This document shows, in pieces, positions 20,392-30,610 of a DNA stretch of 64,000 bases (within the stretch, counting starts at the first letter, position 1; the number at the start of each line of letters is the position of its first letter). Source of the DNA: an uncultured Fretibacterium sp. (lineage in GTDB: Bacteria; Synergistota; Synergistia; Synergistales; Aminobacteriaceae); assembly GCA_946183145.1 (NCBI GenBank), contig CAMGZM010000007.1, forward strand, positions 33,412 to 97,411, given 5' to 3'. Under the pieces are notes generated by a model. It did not search any database, was not told the origin of the DNA, and worked only from the letters and a program-made list of their open reading frames with translations. The position numbers and the translations under genes are program-made.

Positions 20392-21324
20392 CTATAGCAT
20401 TATGGGATTAGGGAGAGTCGTTTTTCCTTCAAGAGTGAGAGCCGCTGAAGTCCTAAGCTCAAGCATGTTTTCTTCAAGCCTGAATGACGGCATAAAGTCC
20501 CGTATGATGTCGAGGCCGTGAAGAGTCATGCGCGTGTTTCGTGATGTGATTCCTGAGAGAGCAAACATTTTCTTGATGCGGTGATTGCGAGTCGTTCCCC
20601 GGATTGTTCCGGGATTGTCGGCAAAAATTTTCGGCGGGTTTGACGTGATGAAAAAATTTATGTGATTGTCGCAATTGTAATCAGAATGCAAAAGCGAATT
20701 GATGAACATTTCCCGGAATGCCTCAGCGCATTTTGACGACAGAGGCGCAAGGAGTCTCGGAAGAATTTTCACGCATGAGTCCCAAATGTTTACGGCTTCA
20801 ACCTCTGCATGTCCCCCGGAATAATCGAGAACAGCGCGGACTCTCAGAATATCACCGAACATTAACGCCCCCGCGAACGTCAGAAATTTTCCCGAAAAGA
20901 TTCCCGCCCTCATCATAAACTCTTCACGCGATAATCTCCTCATTCCCTCGTTGAGAGTTGTAACCTTCACGCGAAACTGATTCAGCGACTCTTCATTGAG
21001 CGATATATTTTTGACGGGGAAATCATCCCGCGAAAAGTCATGCGAGTCTCCGGCCATGATGATTTTTGCCTTTCGTCCTGAGATTACGTTCTGGCCTTCT
21101 ATCCTTCTGTAGACTCTTCCTCTGAAAAGCGCGGGCTTCCTGTGCCACACTAACGGAGGAACATACACGCCGTAATCCTCAATGACATACGGAATGTTAT
21201 CGGGAATCATTTTCACGGGGTCAAAGCCATCACCGACAATCACGCCGCCCGATGAATTAGCGAACGCACATACAGTTTCAGGAACTTTATACGATTCTTC
21301 TCTGCTGATTATCTGTGTGTCCAA
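20392..21324 (-). CDS. AlbA_2/Schlafen-like DNA-binding domain protein (RecG-like putative regulator family)
   Basis: 310 aa. The N-terminal ...VCAFANSSGGVIV... motif and overall layout resemble 'putative DNA binding / divergent AAA' proteins. Weak call. Confidence 0.4.
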   Translation of the reverse strand: MDTQIISREESYKVPETVCAFANSSGGVIVGDGFDPVKMIPDNIPYVIEDYGVYVPPLVWHRKPALFRGRVYRRIEGQNVISGRKAKIIMAGDSHDFSRDDFPVKNISLNEESLNQFRVKVTTLNEGMRRLSREEFMMRAGIFSGKFLTFAGALMFGDILRVRAVLDYSGGHAEVEAVNIWDSCVKILPRLLAPLSSKCAEAFREMFINSLLHSDYNCDNHINFFITSNPPKIFADNPGTIRGTTRNHRIKKMFALSGITSRNTRMTLHGLDIIRDFMPSFRLEENMLELRTSAALTLEGKTTLPNPIML

Positions 21325-21391
21325 GAGATTATGCCCCGTTCAAAAAATTTTTCAGATATTATAATTTACCCAATTCAAAGAGGTGATTAAT

Positions 21392-23755
21392 GTGAAAACG
21401 TTTCTGATTGTTGACGGACACAGCCTCGCTCACAGGGGATTTCACGCGATAAACGCAAACTTGACCGCGCCCGACGGGACTCCGACATCAACAATCGTAG
21501 GATTCATGAATATGCTTTACAGAGTCCAGGATGAATTATTGCCTGATTTCACCGTTGCAGTTTTTGACACAAAGGGAAAAACTTTCAGGCACAAAATTTA
21601 CGCGGAATACAAAGAAGGGAGGCCGCCTCTTTCTGATGACTTGCGTATTCAGCTTCCCATATTGCAGGAATTATTGAGCCTCTGCGGAATTAGGGTTGTT
21701 ACTCGTGATGGAGTCGAAGCGGACGACACAGCAGCATCAATCGCCAAACTTGCGCGCAATGAAGGCTATGAAGTCGTAATACTCTCGTCGGACAAAGACC
21801 TTTTCCAGATTATCGGCGAGGGAGTAAGGATAATGCGTCCCGTTAAAGGCGGCGTATCAGGAGCAGAAATTTACGATGAAAAATCTTTTGTGAAGGAGTA
21901 CGGATTTCACCCGGCCTCAATGCCCGATTACCTCGCAATCATGGGAGACTCTTCCGACAACATTAAGGGCGTTCAAGGAATCGGCGATAAGGGCGCGAAG
22001 AAACTTCTCTCACAATTTCCCACAATCGAGGTCATATACTCATCACTGAAGGCACTTCCGAAAACACAGCGCGATAAACTTTCAGCAGCAGGAGAAGAGT
22101 CAGTGATATGGACTCGCGACAATTTGACGTTATTGCGTGATGATATTTTTGACGGTGATTCGGACTTCATCAATGACTGCATAAACACGAGACTTGATTT
22201 TGACGGCGCAGAAAAGTTAGCGTTAAGGCTGGGACTTTCACGAGTACTCAAACGCATAGGCAGCACTAAAACGCCATTGCCCCGCGAATTTTTCCCGAAA
22301 AGTGAATCCGTAACACCTCAATGTGAAATCATGACTTTCGACTACAAAAAAGAACTCAGAGACTCGCCCGGAAAGTTTACGCATTCCGCAAAAATTTGGG
22401 ACTTGAAGACCGCGTATTACCTCCTTCACCCTGACGAGGCCGCAAGAAATTTCCCCGCATTAGCCGAAGCCGCGAAAAACAGCGGCAGCCTCTCCGAATC
22501 TCTCAGGATTGCCGCCGGAAATATCGAGGCAGAAATAGAGTCATATGACGGATTATTGCACGTCATGAATGATATTGACCTGCCTATAATCCCGGTGCTG
22601 AACAGGATGGAGGATCACGGAATCAGAATCGACACGGAAATATTTTCGTCCGTTCAGTCTGAATTGTCGCAGAGAATCGCGGAGATTGAGCAGAGGTTAG
22701 CAAATATTACGGGAGTCAGGATAAACATAAATTCATCGGCGCAAGTTTCGTGGCTTTTGTTCGAGAAGCTGAAATTTGAACCGTCAGGAAAAACGAAAGG
22801 CAAAACTTCGTACTCAACTGAAGCGGGAGTCCTTGAGAAGCTCGCAAAATCTCCCAACAGTGAGCCGCCTTCATTAATCCTTGAACACCGTGAACTCTCG
22901 AAAATGCTGACAAGTTTTGTGATACCGTTCCAGAAATTTGCGGACAAAGACGGAATAATTCACACAACATTTGATCCGGCCATGACAGGCACAGGGCGTT
23001 TAAGCTCACGAGACCCGAATATACAGAATATACCGGCTTTCGGTGAATGGGCTGTGAAAATAAAATCCGGAATGATTCCCGTGAACCCTGAAAACATTTT
23101 TGTGTCGGCTGACTATTCACAGGTAGAATTGCGTGTGCTTGCGTATATGTCGAAAGAAGAAAGATTGATTGACGCGTTCACACATGGCCGGGATATTCAC
23201 AGCGAGACAGCGTCATGGGTATTCAGCGTTATGCCTGAGCTAGTTACGCCGGAAATGAGACGGGCCGCAAAGATGATAAATTTCGGACTCCTTTACGGCA
23301 TGAGTTCATTCGGACTCGCTGAAAGGCTGAATATTTCACGCAAAGAAGCAGACGGAATAATGACACGGTATTTTGACGCATTGCCGAACATACAGAGCTT
23401 CATTGACAGCCTGATAAATGACGCAAAGGAACGGGGATATTCACGGACACTTGCAGGAAGAATACGCCCGATGAAAGAGATTCCCGCAAAAGGTGCAGCA
23501 CTTGACCGGGCGTTAATCAACATGCCGATTCAGGGTACAGCGGCGGATATAGCGCGAAAGGCCGTAACAGCTTTTGACGCTTCAGGGACGGCAGAATTAT
23601 TCCTTCAGGTTCACGACTCTTTAGTGTGCGAATGCCCCGCGAATCATGCCGATGAAGTTGCAGAAACTTTGCGTGAAATTATGGTTAAGGCGGGCGGTGA
23701 AGTTTCGTTGCTTAGTGCTGAGTCAAAAACGGGTAAAAATTTGGCGAATGTGTGA
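21392..23755 (+). CDS. polA: DNA polymerase I (5'-nuclease + polymerase domains, short middle domain)
   Basis: N-terminus MKTFLIVDGHSLAHRGFHA and pol motifs (DYSQVELRVLA, QVHDS). Start set at GTG 21392, 6 nt after AAAGAGGTG. Confidence 0.9.
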   Translation: MKTFLIVDGHSLAHRGFHAINANLTAPDGTPTSTIVGFMNMLYRVQDELLPDFTVAVFDTKGKTFRHKIYAEYKEGRPPLSDDLRIQLPILQELLSLCGIRVVTRDGVEADDTAASIAKLARNEGYEVVILSSDKDLFQIIGEGVRIMRPVKGGVSGAEIYDEKSFVKEYGFHPASMPDYLAIMGDSSDNIKGVQGIGDKGAKKLLSQFPTIEVIYSSLKALPKTQRDKLSAAGEESVIWTRDNLTLLRDDIFDGDSDFINDCINTRLDFDGAEKLALRLGLSRVLKRIGSTKTPLPREFFPKSESVTPQCEIMTFDYKKELRDSPGKFTHSAKIWDLKTAYYLLHPDEAARNFPALAEAAKNSGSLSESLRIAAGNIEAEIESYDGLLHVMNDIDLPIIPVLNRMEDHGIRIDTEIFSSVQSELSQRIAEIEQRLANITGVRININSSAQVSWLLFEKLKFEPSGKTKGKTSYSTEAGVLEKLAKSPNSEPPSLILEHRELSKMLTSFVIPFQKFADKDGIIHTTFDPAMTGTGRLSSRDPNIQNIPAFGEWAVKIKSGMIPVNPENIFVSADYSQVELRVLAYMSKEERLIDAFTHGRDIHSETASWVFSVMPELVTPEMRRAAKMINFGLLYGMSSFGLAERLNISRKEADGIMTRYFDALPNIQSFIDSLINDAKERGYSRTLAGRIRPMKEIPAKGAALDRALINMPIQGTAADIARKAVTAFDASGTAELFLQVHDSLVCECPANHADEVAETLREIMVKAGGEVSLLSAESKTGKNLANV

Positions 23756-23837
23756 AATTGCTTAGTCTGTGCTAAAATTTCAAAATCATGTAAATTACTT
23801 ACTGAAAAATTTATAGAAAGAGGGTTTTTATCCCATC

Positions 23838-25382
23838 ATGATGAAATTCCTGCGCACGCAAATGAAATGGATAATGGCAATAATTGTTGTGGCATTCCTG
23901 CTTTCTACGTTCTTGATGTATGAAGGCAGAGGCACAAGAAGGACTCCAGGCCGCAACCCTGACGGAACAATGACGGATTACGAGGTGGCGCAGATAAACG
24001 GACGCTCGTTAATGCGCTCGGAGCTTGAGCAGAGACTCCGCAATTATCTCAGCCAGTACAGCACAAGAAGTATGGCATCTATCGACATGCCGGCAATATA
24101 CAGATCAGTGCTTGACCAGGCAATATTAGAGTCGCAGTTGGCGAAAGAAGTAGAAGACAAGGGAATACGTGTAAGCGATGCAGAGGCAGAAATAGCGATG
24201 AAGAATTACGCTGATACATATTTCCCGACAAGAGAGGCATTCTATCAGGTGCTGGCAAATTCAGGGATAAAAGTTGACGACTACAAGAAGAGTCTAGCGC
24301 GTCAGATGGCATCAGAGAGATTAATACGTGATGCAGTAGGGGAAGTAACAATCAGCGACGACAAAGTTTCAGAGTTCTACGACACAATGAAGGCGATACT
24401 TTACTCACAGCCGGAAGGATTCATGGTACACATGGCCGATTTCGGGACGAGTGCGGACGCAGAATATTTCCGCGCAGAAATCGCAGGGGGCGCAAGCTGG
24501 GACGTATTAGCATCGGGCGAATTAGCCTCACATGACGTAATCAACATCACAAAATCACCCGTGAGACTCCCTGCCAGCACATTTAGATCTGGAATACTGA
24601 GCGTGCTTGCTTCTGTTGACGTGGGAACGGTGAGTCCAGTTTTCGCGGTCTCAAGCAAGGATTACGGAGTCGCGCTGAAAGTCTCACATGTTGACGCGGG
24701 AAATATTCCTTATGATGAAGTGAGCGGTGATATTCGCACACTTTTGACACAGCAGGAGGAACGGAGCAGATTAACGGCCTATGAAGAATCATTACGCAGC
24801 AAAGCAAATGTAGTGATTAACGACAATGAATTATTCGCAAGCCCTGTTGTTTCAGGGGACAATACGCAGTCAGCAGACATTCTCCCGATAATGACTCTTG
24901 ATGATGCCAGCAAAGACGAATCAGCCGAGACTCCCGCAACTGTAGCAAGTGCTGACGAACCCGCAGAGACTTCCGCACCTGTAACGAGCGTTGACGAGAA
25001 CCCCGCAGAGACTCCCACTCCTGTAGCAAGCGTTGACGAAAAGCCCGCAGAGACTCCCGCAACTGTAACAAGCGTTGACGTGAAACTCACCGAGACTCCC
25101 GCGCCCGTAGCAAGTGCTGACGAAAAGCCCGCAGAGACTCCCGCAACTGTAACAAGCGTTGACGTGAAACTCACCGAGACTCCCGCGCCCGTAGCAAGTG
25201 CTGACGTGAAACCCTCAGAGACTCCCGAATCTGTAGCAAGCGTTGACGAAAAACCCGCAGAGACTCCCGAACCCGTCGCAAGTACTGACGTAATCACCGA
25301 GACTCCCGCAACCGAATCAGCCGACGCAGTAACAGAAGCAAAACCCGAAGTATCACAGGATATTTCAGCCGACAAAGAATAG
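23838..25382 (+). CDS. PpiD/SurA-like periplasmic chaperone with N-terminal anchor and repetitive acidic C-terminal tail
   Basis: 514 aa. N-terminal TM helix, SurA_N-like region, then a ~150-aa tail of 14-aa repeats. Confidence 0.6.
   Translation: MMKFLRTQMKWIMAIIVVAFLLSTFLMYEGRGTRRTPGRNPDGTMTDYEVAQINGRSLMRSELEQRLRNYLSQYSTRSMASIDMPAIYRSVLDQAILESQLAKEVEDKGIRVSDAEAEIAMKNYADTYFPTREAFYQVLANSGIKVDDYKKSLARQMASERLIRDAVGEVTISDDKVSEFYDTMKAILYSQPEGFMVHMADFGTSADAEYFRAEIAGGASWDVLASGELASHDVINITKSPVRLPASTFRSGILSVLASVDVGTVSPVFAVSSKDYGVALKVSHVDAGNIPYDEVSGDIRTLLTQQEERSRLTAYEESLRSKANVVINDNELFASPVVSGDNTQSADILPIMTLDDASKDESAETPATVASADEPAETSAPVTSVDENPAETPTPVASVDEKPAETPATVTSVDVKLTETPAPVASADEKPAETPATVTSVDVKLTETPAPVASADVKPSETPESVASVDEKPAETPEPVASTDVITETPATESADAVTEAKPEVSQDISADKE
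24924..25322 (+). repeat. in-frame 42-nt (14-aa) tandem repeats, about 9 units, including a perfect ~84-bp duplication
   Basis: Units of the type AETPATV(A/T)S(V/A)DEKP. The segment starting at 25050 is repeated exactly from 25134 (period 84). Confidence 0.9.
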
Positions 25383-25411
25383 TAACACTCAGCAGGAAGT
25401 GAGATTTATAC

Positions 25412-28400
25412 ATGGCATCACCGCTCCAGCAAAAACGTAGCGACATTCACAAAATATTGATCATCGGCTCCGGGCCTATAGTGATCGGTCAGGCCTGCGA
25501 GTTCGATTACTCAGGGACTCAGGCTTGCAAGGCTCTGCGCTCATTGGGCTATGAAGTTGTGCTTGTGAACTCAAACCCCGCAACGATCATGACAGATCCC
25601 GAAATGGCTGACATAACATACATTGAGCCGCTGAACCCCGAAAGACTCGAAGCGATAATAGCCCGTGAACGGCCTGACGCATTACTGCCGAATTTGGGCG
25701 GGCAGTCAGGACTGAATTTATGCGCTGAACTCCACAAGGCCGGGATTCTCACAAAGTACAACGTTGAAGTAATTGGTGTTCAGGCTGACGCAATAGAGCG
25801 GGGCGAGGACAGAATAGAGTTCAAGAACACAATGAACGCCCTGAATATCGACATGGCACGCTCACAGGTAGCATACTCAGTTGACGAGGCTTTGAGCATT
25901 GCGGAGACTCTCGGCTACCCTGTTGTTTTGCGTCCTGCTTACACAATGGGCGGCGCGGGCGGCGGATTAGTCTACAACCGGGACGAACTGCGCACAGTCT
26001 GCGAACGCGGGTTACAGGCCAGCATTGTCCATCAAGTTTTGGTTGAAGAGTCCGTTTTGGGCTGGGAAGAATTAGAGCTTGAAGTTGTGCGCGACAAGAA
26101 CAACAACATGATAACAGTATGCTTTATCGAGAATGTTGACCCTATGGGCGTTCACACTGGGGACTCTTTCTGCGTTGCTCCGATGCTTACGATTTCAACC
26201 GAATTGCAGACACGTCTTCAGGAAATGGCGTATAAAATCGTCGAACATATTGGCGTGATTGGCGGAACAAATGTACAGTTCGCGCATGATCCTAAAACTG
26301 ACCGCGTTATAGTGATTGAGATTAACCCTCGTACGTCTCGTTCATCTGCTTTAGCGTCAAAGGCTACAGGCTTCCCGATTGCGCTAATATCGGCGAAACT
26401 TGCGGCAGGTCTAACGCTTTCTGACATTTCATGCGGGAAATATGGCACGCTCGACAAATACAAGCCTGACGGAGATTATGTAGTTGTGAAGTTTGCTCGC
26501 TGGGCGTTTGAGAAATTCAAGGGAGTACAGGACAAACTTGGGACTCAAATGCGGGCGGTCGGTGAAGTTATGAGCATCGGCAAAAATTTCCGCGAGGCAT
26601 TGCAGAAGGCAGTGCGCTCACTTGAGAAAGACCGTTACGGACTCGGCCATGTGAAGAATTTTGATACCCTCACAAAGTCGGAGCTTCTGAAATTGCTTGA
26701 ATATCCCACGAGTGAGAGATATTTTGTGATGTACGAGGCATTGAGGAAAGGCGCGACAGTTGACGAGATTCACGCATTAACAAACGTCAAGGCATATTTC
26801 ATTGAGGAGATAAAATCTCTTGTTGACGAGGAAGAACACATACTGACATTCAGGGGGAAAAATCTTCCTGATGACGTATTAATTCAGGCCAAACGCGATG
26901 GATTTTCCGACAGATATTTAGCCGGGATTCTCAACGTCAGCGAGCAGAGCATAAGAGAACGCCGCGAATCCCTGAATGTGATTGAGCATTGGGACAGTGT
27001 GCACGTAAGCGGTACAGAAAACGGAGCATACTATTACAGCTCATACAGCACATCAGGCAGCAACAAAGTATCACGCAATCGCAAAATCATGATACTAGGA
27101 GGCGGCCCGAACAGAATCGGACAGGGAATCGAGTTCGATTACTGCTGTGTACATGCCGCGCAGAGTCTCCGCAAATTAGGCTTTGAGACAATCATCGTCA
27201 ACTGCAACCCCGAAACAGTTTCAACGGATTACGACACTTCCGACAAACTATATTTTGAGCCTCTCACGCTTGAGGACGTATTGAGCATTTACCGGGAGGA
27301 GAAGCCCGCCGGAGTCATAGCGCAGTTCGGAGGGCAGACACCGCTGAATCTTGCATCAGAGTTAGAGCGCAACGGCGTGAAAATTCTCGGAACATCGCCG
27401 GAAATCATAGACCTTGCGGAAGACCGGGGACGATTCAAATCCGTAATGGACTCTCTGAATATTCCCATGCCTGAGTCGGGAATGGCGGCAACTCTTGATG
27501 AAGCCCGTGAAGTTGTTGCGAGAATAGGTTATCCCGTGATGGTGAGGCCGTCTTACGTTTTGGGCGGGCGCGGAATGGAAATAGTGTACGATGAAGAGAG
27601 CCTTGCGAATTACGTTAAAGCGGCAAAGGGCGTAACACCTGACAGGCCGATACTGATAGACAGATTCCTGAATCACGCGCTTGAATGTGAAGCTGATGCG
27701 ATTTGCGACGGAACTCACGCTTACGTCCCCGCCGTAATGGAGCATATAGAATTAGCCGGGATTCATTCGGGCGACTCTGCATGTTTCCTCCCTTCAAGGC
27801 ACATTTCACCCGAAGCACTTTCAACCATCAAAGAATACACGCGTAAAATTGCTGAAGCCATGCACGTTGTAGGGCTGATGAACATACAATACGCAATCGA
27901 GGCGGGAAAAGTTTTTGTGCTTGAAGCGAATCCGCGTGCCTCTCGTACAGTTCCGTTAGTGTCAAAAGTCTGCGGTATTCGGATGGTGCCTCTTGCAGTC
28001 GAGGCGATAACACGCGAGCTTACGGGGAAATCATCACCGCTTGAAACATTAGGCGAGAGAGTCATACCCTATTACGGCGTGAAAGAGTCAGTATTTCCGT
28101 TTAACATGTTCCAGGAGGTTGACCCTGTATTAGGACCTGAAATGCGTTCAACGGGCGAGGTTTTGGGACTCGCGTCGATTCCTGGCGAGGCGTTTTTCAA
28201 GGCAGAAGAGGCAGCCGGGGGAAAATTGCCGCTGTCAGGGACTGTGCTTTTTGCCGTGAGCGATTCCGACAAGAAGGACATTATCCCGATCGCGCAGAAA
28301 TTCAGCTATGCGGGCTTCAAGATTCTTGCGACTGAAGGAACGTATGAGGCTCTGAAAAATTCCGGCGTTGACTGCGAATGTGTAGGACACGGACGGCCTG

Positions 28401-28639
28401 ACACGCTCGATCACGTAATTAACGGCCACGTTCAGATGATAATCAACACTCCGCGCGAAAAGGCACTTACGAAATCAGGAAGCCTTCTGAGGCGCGGAGC
28501 TGTGAAGATGGGAATCCCCTACGTAACGACAATAGCGGCGGCAGATGCGGCAATCGAGGGAATAATGACAGTGAAAGCAAAGGGAACGAACACGCAATCC
28601 CTTAAATCGATAAAAGAATGGCATAACATGATTCACTAG
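25412..28639 (+). CDS. carB: carbamoyl-phosphate synthase large subunit
   Basis: 1075 aa. Duplicated ATP-grasp halves plus an MGS-like C-terminus. N-terminus ...KILIIGSGPIVIGQACEFDYSGTQACKAL. Confidence 0.95.
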   Translation: MASPLQQKRSDIHKILIIGSGPIVIGQACEFDYSGTQACKALRSLGYEVVLVNSNPATIMTDPEMADITYIEPLNPERLEAIIARERPDALLPNLGGQSGLNLCAELHKAGILTKYNVEVIGVQADAIERGEDRIEFKNTMNALNIDMARSQVAYSVDEALSIAETLGYPVVLRPAYTMGGAGGGLVYNRDELRTVCERGLQASIVHQVLVEESVLGWEELELEVVRDKNNNMITVCFIENVDPMGVHTGDSFCVAPMLTISTELQTRLQEMAYKIVEHIGVIGGTNVQFAHDPKTDRVIVIEINPRTSRSSALASKATGFPIALISAKLAAGLTLSDISCGKYGTLDKYKPDGDYVVVKFARWAFEKFKGVQDKLGTQMRAVGEVMSIGKNFREALQKAVRSLEKDRYGLGHVKNFDTLTKSELLKLLEYPTSERYFVMYEALRKGATVDEIHALTNVKAYFIEEIKSLVDEEEHILTFRGKNLPDDVLIQAKRDGFSDRYLAGILNVSEQSIRERRESLNVIEHWDSVHVSGTENGAYYYSSYSTSGSNKVSRNRKIMILGGGPNRIGQGIEFDYCCVHAAQSLRKLGFETIIVNCNPETVSTDYDTSDKLYFEPLTLEDVLSIYREEKPAGVIAQFGGQTPLNLASELERNGVKILGTSPEIIDLAEDRGRFKSVMDSLNIPMPESGMAATLDEAREVVARIGYPVMVRPSYVLGGRGMEIVYDEESLANYVKAAKGVTPDRPILIDRFLNHALECEADAICDGTHAYVPAVMEHIELAGIHSGDSACFLPSRHISPEALSTIKEYTRKIAEAMHVVGLMNIQYAIEAGKVFVLEANPRASRTVPLVSKVCGIRMVPLAVEAITRELTGKSSPLETLGERVIPYYGVKESVFPFNMFQEVDPVLGPEMRSTGEVLGLASIPGEAFFKAEEAAGGKLPLSGTVLFAVSDSDKKDIIPIAQKFSYAGFKILATEGTYEALKNSGVDCECVGHGRPDTLDHVINGHVQMIINTPREKALTKSGSLLRRGAVKMGIPYVTTIAAADAAIEGIMTVKAKGTNTQSLKSIKEWHNMIH

Positions 28640-28670
28640 GACGAGCTTTCAACAGTCCGAATTGATTTTG

Positions 28671-28705
28671 CACCTCCTGTATTGCGGCAGGGGGTGTATT
28701 TTTTT
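28671..28705 (+). terminator. Rho-independent terminator after carB
   Basis: 9-bp stem 28671-28679 / 28688-28696, followed by a T run 28699-28705. Confidence 0.7.
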
Positions 28706-28821
28706 GCGCTGAAACTTGCATTGAAAGTGAGAGTTTTTGACGTGAGATTTTTTGCTGACTGTGCTTTTTGCTGACGGGATATATTTTCCTCGTGAAGTTT
28801 TTGCTGACGGTGAAAGGGTAA

Positions 28822-28851
28822 CAAAAAAGACCCGCATTTGTGTGCAGGTCT
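28822..28851 (-). terminator. Rho-independent terminator after the tRNA cluster
   Basis: On the minus strand: AGACCTGC-acacaaat-GCGGGTCT, followed by TTTTTTGT. Confidence 0.7.
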
Positions 28852-28867
28852 CATTATGATTTATGAA

Positions 28868-28940
<73 letters not shown>

Positions 28941-28958
28941 GTAAATGGAACAGATAGA

Positions 28959-29032
28959 CGCGCCCGGCAGGATTTGAACCCGCTGCCTGAAGATCCGAAG
29001 TCTTCCGCTCTATCCAGATGAGCTACGAACGC
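28959..29032 (-). tRNA. tRNA-Arg (UCG)
   Basis: Starts GCGTTCGTAGCTCATCTGGATAGAGC. Anticodon loop CUUCGGA, T-loop TTCAAAT. No encoded CCA. Confidence 0.9.
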
Positions 29033-29038
29033 ATAAAG

Positions 29039-29113
29039 GGTGAGTGAAGGGACTTGAACCCTCAACCGCCGGAACCACAATCCGAAGCTCTAACCAATTG
29101 CGCTACACTCACC
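29039..29113 (-). tRNA. tRNA-His (GUG)
   Basis: An extra 5' G(-1) pairs with C73. Anticodon loop UUGUGGU, T-loop TTCAAGT. No encoded CCA. Confidence 0.9.
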
Positions 29114-29123
29114 ATGTTATTTA

Positions 29124-29200
29124 TGGCGCGCCCTGCAGGATTCGAACCCGCGGCCTACGGCTTAGAAGGCCGTTGCTCTATCCAGCTGAGCTAAGAGCGC
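29124..29200 (-). tRNA. tRNA-Arg (UCU)
   Basis: Acceptor GCGCTCT/AGGGCGC, anticodon loop CUUCUAA. 3' CCA is encoded (tgg at 29124-29126 on plus). Confidence 0.9.
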
Positions 29201-29215
29201 GTATTAACTTTTCAG

Positions 29216-29289
29216 AGCGGGAAACGGGATTCGAACCCGCGACCTACGGCTTGGAAGGCCATCGCTCTAGCCAACTGAGCTATTCCCGC
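29216..29289 (-). tRNA. tRNA-Gly (UCC)
   Basis: Starts GCGGGAATAGCTCAGTTGGCTAGAGC. Anticodon loop CUUCCAA, discriminator U. No encoded CCA. Confidence 0.9.
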
Positions 29290-29308
29290 ATACTTTTTTC
29301 ACTGGGTA

Positions 29309-29383
29309 TCGGGGCGAGAAGATTCGAACTTCCGACCCCCTGCTCCCAAAGCAGGTGCGCTAACCAGACTGCGCTACACCCCG
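29309..29383 (-). tRNA. tRNA-Pro (UGG)
   Basis: Starts CGGGGTGTAGCGCAGTCTGGTTAGCGC. Anticodon loop UUUGGGA. No encoded CCA. Confidence 0.9.
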
Positions 29384-29422
29384 GTTGTTGCGTATCACAA
29401 TGCGTAATTATATCCCCAACGC

Positions 29423-29686
29423 TTATTTTGTCAAGATTGCCTCTTCGAGTTTTGCACGTTCTTCACGTTCGGCCTGTACTCTGAGATTGTGCGCGCGCAT
29501 TGCGTCAAAGTGAGATTTTCCCCGCACAAAGTGTGAGAAGTCTGTTACTTCCGGTATGTCGGACGTGTCTGGCTCTCCGAACAGCTTTCTTTTCTCGTCC
29601 ATGCGCCTCAGAAAGTCCCTGCGTATTGCTTCGCGTTCTTCAGGGTCTACCACTGCCGCAAGTATGTCATGCAAGCCCATAAGCAT
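29423..29686 (-). CDS. putative BrnA-position antitoxin
   Basis: 87 aa, directly downstream of and overlapping brnT by 20 nt, matching the toxin-first brnTA order. The sequence itself was not recognised. Confidence 0.45.
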   Translation of the reverse strand: MLMGLHDILAAVVDPEEREAIRRDFLRRMDEKRKLFGEPDTSDIPEVTDFSHFVRGKSHFDAMRAHNLRVQAEREERAKLEEAILTK

Positions 29687-30005
29687 AATATCTTTCTTCC
29701 TCCTTTGTTGCGTGTCGTGCTGATATTATACGGATAATGTCATTGTTGTCCACAGTTATGCGCTCAACGTAAACCATGTACATTATATCGCCGTATACCA
29801 TTCCGACAGCCTGCAAACGTTCCTCGCCTGTATATTCATCAACAGAATTTATTTCTATCGATATATTGTCATCAAGAAATATTGCCGCTGCCTCTGAGAA
29901 TCTTACGCCGTGTTTCTTGAGATTGCTTGCTGCTTTCCTGTCATCCCATGTGAAAAGCATTCCCCCTGAAGTCCATTTCACTCTCTCATGTTCTGTGAAG
30001 CGCAA
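29667..30005 (-). CDS. brnT: BrnT-family (DUF497) ribonuclease toxin
   Basis: 112 aa. ...FTWDDRKAASNLKKHGVRFSEAAAIFLD...RIISARHATKEE matches the DUF497 pattern. Confidence 0.8.
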   Translation of the reverse strand: MRFTEHERVKWTSGGMLFTWDDRKAASNLKKHGVRFSEAAAIFLDDNISIEINSVDEYTGEERLQAVGMVYGDIMYMVYVERITVDNNDIIRIISARHATKEEERYYAYGLA

Positions 30006-30029
30006 AATATTTCACTCCCTTTGACGCTA

Positions 30030-30338
30030 TTATACATTCAGGATTTCACGTTCACGGATTAATCCGGCCATGTCGTCAAGAATTTCCCGGTTGTCGCTCA
30101 ACAAATCATACACGGCATCTTCACTTAATACTCCGCGTTTGAGGTCAGCGGGGAGTCTTCCGGCTTCGTCATCGGCAAAATCTTTGCGCCATTCTTCACC
30201 GCCGTAATACGATGAAAGCTCGCGTAATTTTCCCTGAACATTACGGTACATTTCGAGGGAATGTGCGAGTGAGGCGATTGCTTTGCGGGAGTCGTTGAGG
30301 CAATTTTCCATGTGTGAGATTCTTTCGGTCTGAGTCAT
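30030..30338 (-). CDS. DUF4298-like small helical protein
   Basis: 102 aa. ...LRELSSYYGGEEWRKDFADDEAGRLPADLKRGVLSEDAVYDLL... pattern. Confidence 0.55.
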   Translation of the reverse strand: MTQTERISHMENCLNDSRKAIASLAHSLEMYRNVQGKLRELSSYYGGEEWRKDFADDEAGRLPADLKRGVLSEDAVYDLLSDNREILDDMAGLIREREILNV

Positions 30339-30391
30339 TTTGAGTCCTCCGTGAAAATTTTATGAAAGCATAACAAAAAGACAAGGTTTTG

Positions 30392-30400
30392 TGCTATAAT
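30392..30400 (+). promoter_or_regulatory. extended -10 promoter element (TGcTATAAT) upstream of the prepilin gene
   Basis: tgctataat at 30392-30400. It implies a ~200-nt leader before ATG 30611. Confidence 0.35.
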
Positions 30401-30610
30401 TTCTTTGACGTAAAAATTAAATCTGCACATGGCCGAATAAATCGGTCTCCTTGTCTCATACTCATTATATCACAAGACAGGGCGGGGCGTTAAGGTTGTG
30501 TGCAAAAAATTTTTGATTGCGTTGTGGGTTTATAGGAGCGCAAACGGAACAAACACGGCAGTAACAAGCATTCAGGAACACGAAGAGAAAACACAAGGAG
30601 GAAAAAAATC

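Noticed and set aside
24779-25375. 198-aa minus-strand ORF (Ser/Gly/Val/Ala-rich), plus similar antisense ORFs such as 11284-11580 and 39693-39947
   Set aside because: These are shadow ORFs opposite repetitive or low-complexity coding regions (the PpiD-like tail, the biotin-carrier Ala/Pro linker, the GT linker). The sense-strand genes have clear homology.
28731-28808. Three to four direct copies of TTTTTGCTGAC(G/T)G downstream of carB and the tRNA cluster
   Set aside because: The motif is short, T-rich and irregularly spaced (16 and 33 nt), in a convergent terminator zone with no downstream gene to regulate. It cannot be separated from low-complexity drift without comparative data.
29044-29484. 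146-aa plus-strand ORF from the six-frame track
   Set aside because: It lies entirely across the antisense of five tRNA genes. It is an open-frame artefact of GC-rich tRNA sequence and has no RBS.
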